DNA of 64,000 nt, taken from NCBI GenBank assembly GCA_963722185.1, contig CAVRKD010000002.1, forward strand, positions 79,362-143,361. The letters are read 5' to 3'. The DNA comes from an uncultured Actinomycetes bacterium (GTDB taxonomy: Bacteria; Actinomycetota; Acidimicrobiia; Acidimicrobiales; JACCXE01). The notes beneath the pieces were generated by a model, which was not told where the DNA came from, did not search any database, and worked only from the letters and a program-made list of their open reading frames with translations. The position numbers were made by a program, and so were the translations under genes. Positions 43,142-55,737 of the stretch are shown one piece after another (within the stretch, counting starts at the first letter, position 1; the number at the start of each line of letters is the position of its first letter).

Positions 43142-44120
43142 ATGGCAAAGAGCGTCCTCGCCTTCGTTGCTGCGGTCGTCATGGTCATCGGCGCGCTCGC
43201 CGTTCGCGCCCGCATCGACGACGGCGGAGGTGGCGGCGGTAGTACGAACCGCTCCGGGCCGCTCGAACTGGTGTGCGCGACCGAACTGCAAGCGGTGTGC
43301 GACGACATCGACGCCAACGAGAACGACGTGAACGTGACGGTCGAACCGGCAACCGTCACCGCCGACCGCCTCAAGACGGCGGACGCCGACGACGCCGAAC
43401 TCGACGGTTGGCTCGCGCCCGGGCCGTGGGGTGAGCTGGTCGACGTGGCGCGCCCGCCGGGCAGCGGCTCGCTGTTCGCCCCCAGCGGCGACGCACTGGC
43501 GCGTTCGCCGTTCGTGCTGGCCGTGTGGAAGAACAGGCGCGCTCCACTCGCGTGCGCCGATCCCGTCGACCTCGGTTGCCTGGGCGACGCCGTCATCAGC
43601 CGCGGCTTCCGCCTGGGAGCGGCGGCCGACGACCAAGCCGAGGGCGTGCTGGGCGACGCTGCACTCGGTGCGGGCCACGTCAAGAACGCCAACTTCGCTA
43701 CCAACGACCTCACCGAGACCGACCTCGCGGATTGGCTCACGGGCGTCGACACCAAAGTCGATGCCGTCGGGCGCAACCCCGGCGGGCGGTCCTTCGCCGA
43801 GATGCTGGCGTTCGGTCCCGCCGTAGCCGACGGATTCCTCGCCACCGAAGCGGTCGTCGCGCCGCAACTCGCCGCGCGCAGCGAACCGCAACCAACTCAA
43901 CGTGGTGCAGGTCGTCCCCACCGCGACGGCCGACGTGCAGTTCGCATCCCGCGTCGGTGATCGAGGAAGTCGGCTCGGCGAGATCGTCCGGCGGCAACGC
44001 GTCCGTGACGCGCTCCAGGCAGCCGGTTGGCGCGTCGAAGGAGACAGCCGGCCGCTTCCGAAAGACGACGGGCTACCCTCGGCAGGCGTGTTGCAAGCCC
44101 TGAGGGATGTCACGAAATGA
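43142..44120 (+). CDS. Substrate-binding-like exported protein (frameshift near 43875)
   Basis: N-terminal signal/TM, LARSPFVLAV; second frame ends in ATGA overlap with the next gene. Confidence 0.55.
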
Positions 44121-45914
44121 ATCGCAAGCTCGCCTTCGTCTGTGCGGTCGCGCTGCTTGCGACGGCCGCCTGCGCCACCGACGGCAACGATCTCGACGAC
44201 GTACTCGGCGATGCGCCCGACGGCTGCACAACGGTCCCGATCGCAACGTCGCCGGAGAAACTCGACCTGCTGACGTCGCTGGCCAAGAGCTTCAACAACG
44301 GCGACGACAACGAAGTCGACGGCACCTGCTCGTTCGTGCAAATAGCCAAGGTCTCCTCCGGCGTCGGTGCCTCCTTGCTCGCCGAGGGCTGGCCAGACGA
44401 GCAGGAGAACGGAACCCGGCCCGTCGTGTGGTCGCCGTCGGCAAGCTCGTGGGGTGCCGTAGTCAACGAACGGCTGGCGCAAAAGCAGCAGCCCCCAGTC
44501 GTGCCCACTGACGCCAAGCCGTTCATGCTGACCCCGCTCGTCATCGCCATGCCCAAGCCCATGGCCGAGGCCCTGGGCTATCCAAAGACGCCGATCGGCT
44601 TCGGCGACCTGCTCGCCTTGGCCACGGCCAACGACGGCTGGGCGAGCAAGGGCCACCCCGAGTGGGGCGCTTTCAAGCTCGGAAAGACCAACCCGAATTT
44701 CTCGACCAGCGGGCTATCGAGCACGATCGCCCAGTACTACGCGGCGACGGGCAAGCAGTCGGATCTCACGCTCGAAGACGTGAACCGCCCGAACGTCGAC
44801 ACGTTCATGCGCGGCGTGGAGTCGGCGGTCGTGCACTACGGCGACACGACGCTGAGCTTCCTCAACAACCTGTATCGCAACGACCGCGCCGGCCTCGGCT
44901 TGACGTACGTGTCGGCGGTCGCCGTCGAGGAGACGTCGATTATCGCCTACAACCGCGGCAACCCCGACGGCATCCTCGATCCGGGCGAGCAGCCGCGTGC
45001 GCCCCGCGTGCCGCTGGTCGCCGTATACCCGAAGGACGGCACGCTGTTCTCGGACAACCCCTTCTTCGTCCTGAACGCGCCGTGGGTGAGCGCGGCCGAG
45101 AAGAAGGCGGCGCGGCTGTTCGAGTCGTTCGTCCAGAAGCCGGCGAATCAGAAGCGCGTCCTCACCTTCGGCTTCCGGCCCGGGAACCCAGCTGTCGCCG
45201 TCGCTTCGCCGATCTCGGCGCGGTTCGGCGTCGATCCGGCGCAGCCCACCGCGGTGCTCGGCGTGCCCGAACCGGCGGTGCTCGTGCGGCTGATCGAGAA
45301 ATGGGGCGAGCAACGCAAAGCGGCGCGGGTGCTGCTCGTAATCGACGTGTCGGGTTCGATGGGCGAAGAGGTGGACGGCGGCGAGACGAAACTCGACCTG
45401 GCGAAACGCGCGTCGGTCGAGGCACTTGGCGCAGTTCAAGCCCGAAGACCTCGTCGGCCTGCGCATCTTCTCCACCAACATTTCGCCCAAGGCGCCAACG
45501 GACTATCTCGACCTCGTTCCGCTCGGCGCGATTTCCGACAACCGCGAGGTGATCGCCGGGCGCATCCGCAGCCTCGTGCCGACCGAAGGCACGCCGCTGT
45601 ACTTCACCGCCAAAGACTCGGTCGAGTTCATGAAGCAGGGCTACGACGCGTCGCGCATCAACGCCATCGTCCTGCTGACCGACGGCAAGAACGAGGACGA
45701 CTTCACCGACCTCAACGCCACGCTGGCGGCGCTACGCGCCGGCTCCGAAGGCCAGTCGTCGAACCCCGTCCGGCTGTTCACGATCGCCTACGGGCAAGAC
45801 GCCGACAAGGCCGTCCTGAAGCGGCTGGCCGAGGCGACCAATGCGGGCTCTTATGACGCCACCGATCCGCGCACGGTCACCAAGGTGTTCACCGCGGTGA
45901 TCTCCAACTTCTAA
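44117..45914 (+). CDS. Lipoprotein: substrate-binding domain + vWA domain (frameshift near 45425)
   Basis: Lipobox TAAC, SPEK, TPLVIAMP, KTNPNFSTSG; MIDAS DVSGSM, GTPLY, LTDG. Confidence 0.82.
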
Positions 45915-46669
45915 TGCTGGCGCGGCTTCCCGAGCGCGTCCGCACGCCGGCGGTCGCGCGGGCGATCACGTCGCCCTCAGCGTTCCTGCTCGCCGGAGCC
46001 GGCATGTCCGCCGCCATCCTCGGCGGACTCCCGCTCGCCGCCGCGGCCGTCGCCGGTGGCCTGGCGTACGCCGCTCGCGTCGCCCTCGCCGTGCCGCGTC
46101 GCCGTGCCGGCGACCGCATCGACCCCAACCGCGTCAGCGATCCGTGGCGGCATTTCGTCATCGACGCGCAACAAGCGCAAGCCCGGTTCGACCGCACGGT
46201 GCGCCAATGCCAGGACGGCCCCATCAAAGAGCGACTCGGCACCATCGGGCGCCGCATCGGCGATGGCGTCAACGAGTGCTGGCGCATCGCCCGGCAAGGC
46301 GACGTGCTCCAGGACGCGCTCCGGGCGCTGGACCGCGACGAGATCGAAGCCGGCCTGGCGAACGTGTCGCGCGAACTCGCGAACGCCAGCGGCACCCGCG
46401 AGTCGTCGCTCAAGCGAACGCGCGACGCGTTGCTGTCGCAGGCGAAGTCCTACGACCGGTTGTCCTCGGTGTGGCAAGACACCCGGGACCGCCTGGAGGT
46501 GCTCAACGCGCAGCTAGACGAAGCGGTGGCTCGCGCCGTGGAACTGTCAGTTCACACCGGCGACATCAATGCGCTGGCGCCGCTGACCGCCGATGTGGAG
46601 AGCCTGGTCGACGAACTCGAGTCACTCCGGCTGGGACTGGAAGAGGCCGGAAGCGAAGCAACGGGATAG
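45914..46669 (+). CDS. Hypothetical membrane-anchored coiled-coil protein
   Basis: N-terminal hydrophobic segments followed by helical heptads; coupled to the vWA gene. Confidence 0.65.
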   Translation: MLARLPERVRTPAVARAITSPSAFLLAGAGMSAAILGGLPLAAAAVAGGLAYAARVALAVPRRRAGDRIDPNRVSDPWRHFVIDAQQAQARFDRTVRQCQDGPIKERLGTIGRRIGDGVNECWRIARQGDVLQDALRALDRDEIEAGLANVSRELANASGTRESSLKRTRDALLSQAKSYDRLSSVWQDTRDRLEVLNAQLDEAVARAVELSVHTGDINALAPLTADVESLVDELESLRLGLEEAGSEATG

Positions 46670-47095
46670 GCGCTGCATCGAGACCCGGTTGCGCAGCGCG
46701 AGCATCGGCCGGATCAGCGGAGTGAGCACCTGTGCCGGGCCGACCGGACGCTCCCGCATGACGATCTCGGTCTGCTCGCCGCGGCGAATGAAGTCGAACT
46801 CGACTTTGGCGGTAAGCGGACCGGCATGGGCTTCGAGCACGAGTTGACGGTGGCCGTGCGACTCCAGCACCACGGTCGAGTCGTCGACGGCTACCTCAGG
46901 GCTCGCCCCCACGGAATGAGCGAACTCGGCGCCCTTTTCGGGGAACTCGTCGTCGACATCGCGGATCTGCTGCGCCCCAACCAGCCAATTTGGATACGTC
47001 TCGGGATTGGCTACGGCGTTGAAGACGTCGTCGCGGGGCGCGTCGACCAGTTGGTGAACTTCCACTGGCGACCAGGGGGCAGAGAGCAGAGCCAT
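46622..47095 (-). CDS. SRPBCC/polyketide cyclase-like protein
   Basis: [24 protein letters not shown]. Confidence 0.75.
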   Translation of the reverse strand: MALLSAPWSPVEVHQLVDAPRDDVFNAVANPETYPNWLVGAQQIRDVDDEFPEKGAEFAHSVGASPEVAVDDSTVVLESHGHRQLVLEAHAGPLTAKVEFDFIRRGEQTEIVMRERPVGPAQVLTPLIRPMLALRNRVSMQRLSRCFASGLFQSQPE

Positions 47096-47135
47096 GAGAT
47101 GGCTGTGCCCGTTGCGACCGACGATTAGCCGCGCG

Positions 47136-49483
<2,348 letters not shown>

Positions 49484-49484
<1 letters not shown>

Positions 49485-49894
49485 CAGCGAAGTTCCTGAA
49501 TACGGATCATGTTGCCCGCAGGATCGCGCACGGCGCAGTCGCGCACGCCGTACGGCTGCTCGATCGGTTCCTGCACGATCTCGGCGTCGCTGGCCTGCAG
49601 CTTCTCGAAGGTGCCGTCGAGATCCTTCGTTGCCAACAGCAGAATGCCGTAGGTGCCCTTGGCCATCATCTCGAGGATGGTGGTGCGCTCCTGGTCGGTG
49701 ATGCCGGGATCGACCGCTGGCGGCGCCAACACGATGTTGGTACCGGGCTGGCCTTCGGGGCCGATGGTGATCCAACGCATGGTGCCCTCGCCGACATCGA
49801 GGCGGACCTCGAAGCCGAGGAGATCACGATAGAACGCCAATGAAGCTTCGGGGTCGTTGTGGGCGAGGAAGCTGGAGTGAATGGTGATGTCCAT
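49484..49894 (-). CDS. VOC/bleomycin-resistance family protein
   Basis: SLAFYRDLLGFEV, QEPIEQPYGVRDCAVRDPAGN. Confidence 0.88.
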
Positions 49895-49904
49895 GGCTTC
49901 CACC

Positions 49905-50324
49905 CTAAGTACGGCTCGCGGATTTGGCTTCTCGATTCCTGACCGGTCGCGTCACCTGTTTCGATACGCACGACACGATCTCAGCCTGCGCCTGCTTCGA
50001 CTCTCGGTACTCGCTGGGCGACATGCCGAGTAGTTCGCTAAACCGCGTGCTGAACGTGCCGAGCGACGAGCAGCCCACGGCGAAGCACACCTCGGTGACG
50101 GTGAGGTCACCGCGTCGCAGCAGCGCCATCGCCCGCTCGATGCGGCGCGTCATGAGATAGCTGTACGGCGACTCGCCGTAGGCGAGTTTGAACTGACGGC
50201 TGAGATGTCCCGCCGACATGTGCACGCCACGCGCCAGCGCCTCGACATCGAGCGGTTGCACGTAGTCCCGGTCGATCCGGTCCTTGACGCGCCGCAACCA
50301 CGCGAGATCTTCGAGACTTGCCAC
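49905..50324 (-). CDS. Small AraC family regulator
   Basis: LDVEALAR..MSAGHLSRQF, VTEVCFAVGCSSLGTFSTRF. Confidence 0.88.
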   Translation of the reverse strand: MASLEDLAWLRRVKDRIDRDYVQPLDVEALARGVHMSAGHLSRQFKLAYGESPYSYLMTRRIERAMALLRRGDLTVTEVCFAVGCSSLGTFSTRFSELLGMSPSEYRESKQAQAEIVSCVSKQVTRPVRNREAKSASRT

Positions 50325-50342
50325 CGTTGAATTATCACGCGT

Positions 50343-51554
50343 TCAGGCGGCGACGAACACCTCGCCTGTGTGCGGTGCCAACGTGGCAGACGCTCGCGCC
50401 ACGCCGTCGAGGTCCTTATACGTGCCGCCGAGAGAAACCGTGTAGGTCGACGAGGTGGGGTTCACGAGCGAGATGCCCTTCGTGAAGTTGCGCCGGTAGA
50501 CGCCGCCGCCCGCCACCTTGGCGTAAGCGCCGGTCGCGCCGCCGACGTCCACGCGATCGTACGGATGGTCGGCCGTCAGACCGTCATACGTCTGAGCGGC
50601 GGTGAAACGGAAGTACGACTTGCCGTTCGTGCCGAGAAGGAACGTGGCGAGGGCGTACTTGTGCCAACCCTTCACCTGGTCAGCGTTGGCAGCGATCCAC
50701 AACTTGGTCACGGCGAACAACGACTCGCCGCGGTTGCCGGCGTCCACGAGCATGTCGACGTCGGCCTTCCAGTCGCCTTCGGAGCGGTAGGTCGTCACAC
50801 CCTGCGACGGGCCGCGGACAAACACTTCGGCTTCGGCTCCGTTCAGTGCCGGCCACAGCCGCGACGTCGGCGCGGTGGCGCTGAAGTACACCGTCCCCTG
50901 CGCGAGGCCGTTCCCGCCCACGATCAGGTCGCGGTTGCGCGTCGCCACCTTCTGGGCGAGCGCGGTCGTGGCGTTGAGCCACTCGCTGTCGGTCCACGGG
51001 CGACCGGTGGCGTTGTTGATCGGCTGGCTCGTGAGGTAGTTGCCACGAATCGGAGCGGTGCCGAGCATGTCGAGGAAGCAACCGTCGTAGCCGTCAGTCG
51101 CAACGAAGTTCTTGCACCGGTACACCACGTTCTTGACCCAGTCGGCATTGCTGATGTCCATCAGGTAGTTGCCGAAGTTGTTCGACCGCACGAGCGCCCC
51201 TGTGGCATCGCGGGCGTACCAGGAGTCGGGGTAGAACGGCGGTGCTTGGTTGGCCTGCGCGAACGACGCGTTCAAATAGTCGAGGATGCGCAGCCGCGGA
51301 TTGGCTTGTTTCATGGCCGTCACCCGGCCGGCGAAGCTGCCCTTGGTAGCCAGGATGACGTCGACACGGTTGGCCAAGGCAACGGCATCGGCGGCCGGCG
51401 GGTTGACCTTGCCGGTCATGTGCGTCAGCGCGAGTTGCTGCGTGAGCCGCCCGCTGGGAACGTAGTTCGGCGCGACTGCTTCGGCCGGCGGCATGAGCCC
51501 AGCCGCGGCAACCGGAACGAGCAGCAGCAACAAGGTTCTCCAGGTAGGTCGCAT
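50343..51554 (-). CDS. Secreted putative glycoside hydrolase (TIM barrel, GHL15-like)
   Basis: Signal peptide, YDGCFLDM, YALATFLL, VYRRNFTKG.VNP. Confidence 0.65.
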   Translation of the reverse strand: MRPTWRTLLLLLVPVAAAGLMPPAEAVAPNYVPSGRLTQQLALTHMTGKVNPPAADAVALANRVDVILATKGSFAGRVTAMKQANPRLRILDYLNASFAQANQAPPFYPDSWYARDATGALVRSNNFGNYLMDISNADWVKNVVYRCKNFVATDGYDGCFLDMLGTAPIRGNYLTSQPINNATGRPWTDSEWLNATTALAQKVATRNRDLIVGGNGLAQGTVYFSATAPTSRLWPALNGAEAEVFVRGPSQGVTTYRSEGDWKADVDMLVDAGNRGESLFAVTKLWIAANADQVKGWHKYALATFLLGTNGKSYFRFTAAQTYDGLTADHPYDRVDVGGATGAYAKVAGGGVYRRNFTKGISLVNPTSSTYTVSLGGTYKDLDGVARASATLAPHTGEVFVAA

Positions 51555-51626
51555 GACTCCCTTTGCTACGAACCACCCCAATGACCGGCAGGGAGCGTAT
51601 CCGCGACCAGCCCGCCCCGACCAACC

Positions 51627-51659
51627 GCTGAGTCCTCGATTGTGCTCACTGGACTCAGC
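51627..51659 (-). terminator. Hairpin downstream of the anti-sigma-like gene
   Basis: GCTGAGTCC-15 nt-GGACTCAGC; no U-tract. Confidence 0.3.
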
Positions 51660-51728
51660 AGCCGGTCTCGACGTTGGTGTGCTCCTCCTTGCTGGCGTGG
51701 CTGGCGGTGTTGCTGAAGCGCTGACCTC

Positions 51729-53138
51729 TTACGGGCCAACGGGCGCTGGTTGCAGCGACTCCACGAGGCCAACCAACTCCTCCGCCGACGCATCGCCCGA
51801 GACGGTGACGACCAGTCGTTCGTCGATGCTCCAGACATGCGGCACACCACGGGGCGACACCACGAGTTCCGCGAACGAACCACGCAGGGCGCCGCGCGAG
51901 ATGGTGAGCGACTTCGCCTCGTCGCTGTTGCCTTCCCCTGACGCAACCGGGTCAGCCCAGCACGTTGTCTCGCCGGTACCATCGCCGGCGCACCGCGCCG
52001 CGCCGCCCCGCAGCCGAGACGTGACGATGATGCGGTCGAATCCGCGACGGAATGCCATGGAGACAACGCCCGACGCAGCCGGGTTCGCAGCCTCGTTGCC
52101 CGTCGCTGGCCCGTCAGCGGCGGCAAGCATTTCGGCAAGTTCGAAGCCTTTGGGCAGCGTCGTCGCGACGAGCGGCGCATAGCCGACGACGCGGGCGGCC
52201 TCGCTCGGGCTCACCGGCCGGAACTCGGCATCCTGGCGAAATACCGGAGCACCCGCCGGGAACGAAATGGTGAATGTCGACGCCGGCAACGGTGCGTCTG
52301 CTACCAAGGTCGTCAGGCGTATCTCGTGCAGGAATCGTCGGTTCAGAGACTCGGTGATCCGCAGCGGAAATCCAGTCTCTTGGTCGACCACGATCTCCAG
52401 CTGGTCGCCGCTGCGCTCGGGTCCGGCCAATTTGTTCGGGGTCACGGCCATCGCCAAAAGCCACGCTTCGCGCCCGTTCTCACTGACCTCTGTGACAGCC
52501 GTATCGGAACGGTCTGACAGGAACGCGCGCACGACCGACGCGAAGTTCCGCCGCAGCGGCGATCGGGTGAACGCGTCGGGCGGGCCGGCCCCCGGATTCC
52601 GGATCTCGACGCCTTCGAGACCGTTGCCGAAGTCGACGAGTTCCCGCTGCACACGGTCGGCCACGCTGAAGGCAGCGTCATCCGTGAAGCCGATTCCAGT
52701 GGTCCGTTCGTCACCCGCAGCAGTTGCCGCGAACGACCACCGTTTGGTCGACCGGCCTCCGGTCTCTGGCGGGGAGCACGAGCCGACGTCGATCGCGCAC
52801 GTGACCGTAATCTCGCCAGTCAGCGTCGTGAGCGAGCCCAACGCTGTCCCGACGCGAGCGCGTACCGCCGACGCAGTGACGAACTGCGGCTCGACCGTGC
52901 TCTTCTCGGCGGTCGTGCGGCTAAGCACCGACACAGCGACCGCGAGTGCCAGGACCGACGCGGCGAGTGCCGTCAGCGTGCGGGGGTTGGACCACCGGGT
53001 CGACGAGTGCCCCCCGAGCGCCGGTGCCTCCACTTCGAGCCTTGCACTCAGATCGGAGAAGAACCCGGCGCGGTGTTCGGGAACCTCGAGTTGTCGCAAC
53101 GCGTCGCCCAGTTCTTCGTCTCGGAACGCGTCGCTCAT
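51729..53138 (-). CDS. Membrane-anchored anti-sigma-like protein with LolA/RseB-like extracellular domain
   Basis: Short cytoplasmic N-terminus, one TM, VVDQETGFPLRI; ATGA-coupled to the ECF sigma. Confidence 0.6.
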   Translation of the reverse strand: MSDAFRDEELGDALRQLEVPEHRAGFFSDLSARLEVEAPALGGHSSTRWSNPRTLTALAASVLALAVAVSVLSRTTAEKSTVEPQFVTASAVRARVGTALGSLTTLTGEITVTCAIDVGSCSPPETGGRSTKRWSFAATAAGDERTTGIGFTDDAAFSVADRVQRELVDFGNGLEGVEIRNPGAGPPDAFTRSPLRRNFASVVRAFLSDRSDTAVTEVSENGREAWLLAMAVTPNKLAGPERSGDQLEIVVDQETGFPLRITESLNRRFLHEIRLTTLVADAPLPASTFTISFPAGAPVFRQDAEFRPVSPSEAARVVGYAPLVATTLPKGFELAEMLAAADGPATGNEAANPAASGVVSMAFRRGFDRIIVTSRLRGGAARCAGDGTGETTCWADPVASGEGNSDEAKSLTISRGALRGSFAELVVSPRGVPHVWSIDERLVVTVSGDASAEELVGLVESLQPAPVGP

Positions 53139-53758
53139 GCGTCGCCCTTCAGTGACACGCGCAAGGCGGCGCGGGCGCGATTCAATCGCGACGCGATCGT
53201 TCCCGTTGCGACTCCCAGCACCTTGGCGGCCTCCGCGTAATCGACCCCGTGCGCATCTACGAGCAGCACTGCGGCGCGTTGGTCCGCCGGCAGCAGCGCC
53301 AACGCGGCAGCGAGATCCCTCAGCGTTCCTACCTGTTCGGCCGGGTCAGCGTCGGCGTCCGGCGCGTCGACGCGATCGTCGAGGCTGGCTATCTCCCGAC
53401 GCGCCCGTAGGTCGTCGATGCAGGTGTTGTAAACGATGCGGTACAGCCACGTGCCAAGGGCGGCATCGCCTTTGAAGCGGGGCAGCGAGCGAAACGCCTT
53501 GACGTAGGCCTCCTGGAGGGCGTCATCCATTCGGTCGCGGTCTCCCAGGAGGCGGTACGCGAGCCCGCGTAACCGGTAGTCGTAGTGCTCGACGATTTGC
53601 CCGAACGCGCGGGAGTCCCCACGCCGAGCTCGCTCGACGACGAGTTGATCTATCTCTCCGGCCGACGACCGACGGGCAGATGCCGCGAACAACGTCTGCA
53701 CGACATCGAGGACTCGGAGAAGCCAACGAGGGCTCGGATACGGCAGGGCGAAGTCCAC
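53135..53758 (-). CDS. ECF sigma-70 factor (start uncertain)
   Basis: ARRGDSRAF, DALQEAYVKA, TWLYRIVYN, GTIASRLNRAR. Confidence 0.88.
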   Translation of the reverse strand: MDFALPYPSPRWLLRVLDVVQTLFAASARRSSAGEIDQLVVERARRGDSRAFGQIVEHYDYRLRGLAYRLLGDRDRMDDALQEAYVKAFRSLPRFKGDAALGTWLYRIVYNTCIDDLRARREIASLDDRVDAPDADADPAEQVGTLRDLAAALALLPADQRAAVLLVDAHGVDYAEAAKVLGVATGTIASRLNRARAALRVSLKGDA

Positions 53759-53768
53759 GCGATTGTTT

Positions 53769-53795
53769 TGACGTACGCCCACGATCAATCCTTCC
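53769..53795 (-). promoter_or_regulatory. ECF-type promoter of the sigma gene
   Basis: GGAAGGATT...CGTCA, 18 nt between GGAA and CGTC. Confidence 0.55.
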
Positions 53796-53819
53796 AATGT
53801 TCTGCGAAATGGCTTTTCC

Positions 53820-53846
53820 GGAAGGATTCGACGTTTCACGCCGTCA
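53820..53846 (+). promoter_or_regulatory. ECF-type promoter of the L,D-transpeptidase gene
   Basis: GGAAGGATT...CGTCA, 18 nt between GGAA and CGTC. Confidence 0.55.
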
Positions 53847-53854
53847 CACCGTTC

Positions 53855-54679
53855 GTGACGACTCGACGATTCTTCTGGCCCTCAATGGCGTTCATCGCGA
53901 CCCTAACTTCGGCTGCGGGTGGTGAAGCGCTCACCGAGCGATCGGCGTCGATCGGGGTCGAACCCGTCGCTGCCCGGCCCGTTGAGATGACGACGACAAC
54001 CATGCCGCCAGCGCCGGTCACGACCGCGCCGGCGCTGATCCCAACCGCGCCGCCTTCGGAATCGCCGATCGGCACGCTGCGCGCCGGAAACGTCGGGCCG
54101 CGCACTCTCGAGCTGCAGCGGCAGTTGACTGCGCTCGGCTACTGGCTGGGCGAGGCCGACGGCACCTACGGGGACCTCACAGTGCAGGCCGTCACCGCTC
54201 TGCAAAAGATGCACGGCATGACGCGTGACGGGATCGCGGGTCCCGCCGTGGCGTCAGCCATTGCGTCAGCCATTGCGTCAGGAACGCGTCCGGCGGCGGC
54301 TCGTAGCCGCGGAGATGCGCTCGAAGTCGACAAGGAACGTCAGGTGCTGCACGTGGTGCGCGACGGAGAGGTCGTGTGGACCTTGCACGTTTCGAGCGGT
54401 ACCGGCAAGCCGTACCGGGTCAACGGCCGCACCGAGATTGCGGACACGCCTGACGGCCAGTGGACTGTCTCGCGAGCTCACGACGGCGTACGGACCGGCG
54501 AACTCGGCCGGATCTATCGGCCGCGGTACTTCCATCAAGACGGGATTGCCGTGCACGGCTTCGCCTCGGTGCCCGCGTTTGCGGCGTCGCACGGTTGCGT
54601 ACGGGTGAGCAAGCCGGCGATGGACTGGATCTGGACGTCCGACGTCATGCCGATCGGCACAACCGTCTTCGTCTACTGA
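53855..54679 (+). CDS. L,D-transpeptidase (YkuD) with peptidoglycan-binding domain
   Basis: LQRQLTALGY..ADGTYG..T..AV..LQ..DGIAGP; IAVHG...SHGCVRV. Confidence 0.88.
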   Translation: MTTRRFFWPSMAFIATLTSAAGGEALTERSASIGVEPVAARPVEMTTTTMPPAPVTTAPALIPTAPPSESPIGTLRAGNVGPRTLELQRQLTALGYWLGEADGTYGDLTVQAVTALQKMHGMTRDGIAGPAVASAIASAIASGTRPAAARSRGDALEVDKERQVLHVVRDGEVVWTLHVSSGTGKPYRVNGRTEIADTPDGQWTVSRAHDGVRTGELGRIYRPRYFHQDGIAVHGFASVPAFAASHGCVRVSKPAMDWIWTSDVMPIGTTVFVY

Positions 54680-54767
54680 GCCAAAGTCCGCGAATTTTGA
54701 TGGAAGAAAATGCCGCTCCGCTCGTCAGATGTGGAGCGGCTCCGAATGGAGTTCAAGAAAGGGATAC

Positions 54768-55601
54768 GTGAAGCACATTTCACTGGCTCGCCGGACAAGT
54801 TCGACAATGGCGATTACTGCAGCAATTGCCGTGCTCTCAGCCGCGTGTGGCGACGAATCCACCGATCGAGCGACTCGAGCACGGGCCACGCGGGAGACGA
54901 CCCGCGCCACCATCGCTGGTCCCGCGACGACGACCACCTCGTCAGGCGCAGTCGTTCGGCCCGCAGCATCATCCTCGGTCGAGGCTACGAAGTTCGCTCG
55001 TGCGGCCGACGCGGTTCGGCATCTCTACTCGGCATGGCGCAAAGGTGATCGCGCGGCTGCAGGTGCGGCCGCCACGGCCGAGGCAGTGCGGGACTTCTTT
55101 GCCCGTCCCGCTACCGATTTGTCCGGCAGCGAATGCAATGGCAGCGCGGGCGCCACCAGGTGCTTCATGGACGGCGACGGGTTCAGCGTGATCTTCGAAG
55201 TCGCCACCAGCACGAGTCGCGGGTACCAAGTCCACGCCGTGTCGTTCGCGACGCACGGGAATGAGCAAGCCGGACCGACCGCGGTCGCGACGCCGGGACG
55301 CGCCGCCGTCGGCGACACCGTGCACCTCCGGGGTGACGGCTTCACCGGTGATCCCTACGACGCGGAGGATGCTCCGTTTTACCTCGTCGGCGGCACCGAC
55401 GGGTGCGCGCTCTACGCCATGGCTCGCGACACATTGGTCGTCGACGACGATGGGCGGCTCAGCGGAACCTTCGTGGTGCCAGCGACCGGCGATTGCCGTA
55501 TGGCTGGGCGCGAGGCGGCGGTGACACCGGGGAAGTACGAGCTCGCCTACGCATGCACTGCTTGCATCGTCGGCGAAATCGAGGTCGTGGCCGCTCCGTA
55601 G
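54768..55601 (+). CDS. Hypothetical lipoprotein
   Basis: Lipobox LSAAC, Thr-rich linker, several Cys pairs. Confidence 0.6.
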   Translation: MKHISLARRTSSTMAITAAIAVLSAACGDESTDRATRARATRETTRATIAGPATTTTSSGAVVRPAASSSVEATKFARAADAVRHLYSAWRKGDRAAAGAAATAEAVRDFFARPATDLSGSECNGSAGATRCFMDGDGFSVIFEVATSTSRGYQVHAVSFATHGNEQAGPTAVATPGRAAVGDTVHLRGDGFTGDPYDAEDAPFYLVGGTDGCALYAMARDTLVVDDDGRLSGTFVVPATGDCRMAGREAAVTPGKYELAYACTACIVGEIEVVAAP

Positions 55602-55635
55602 TGCCTTCGGGGCTGACCGGGTCAAGCTCTACGAG

Positions 55636-55708
55636 AGCCCGAAAGCGGATTTGAACCGCTGACCTACGCATTACGAGTGCGTTGCTCTACCGACTGAGCT
55701 ATTCGGGC
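55636..55708 (-). tRNA. tRNA-Thr(CGT)
   Basis: GCCCGAA acceptor stem, D-arm TAGCTCAGTCGGTAGAGC, anticodon arm ACGCA-CTCGTAA-TGCGT, T-loop GGTTCAAATCC; CCA not encoded. Confidence 0.95.
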
Positions 55709-55737
55709 GTGCCGTTTTGGCGGCCAGAAAGTATGGC

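Noticed and set aside
51560-51728. Possible riboswitch upstream of the glycoside hydrolase
   Set aside because: Only one hairpin seen and no recognisable ydaO or other aptamer consensus; an Rfam search would be needed
54251-54281. 12-bp tandem repeat GCGTCAGCCATT in the L,D-transpeptidase
   Set aside because: In-frame slippage duplication in a linker (ASAIASAIAS); no evidence of function
50343-55635. tRNA-Thr-anchored integrative element
   Set aside because: No integrase and no duplicated tRNA 3' end found by eye in the window
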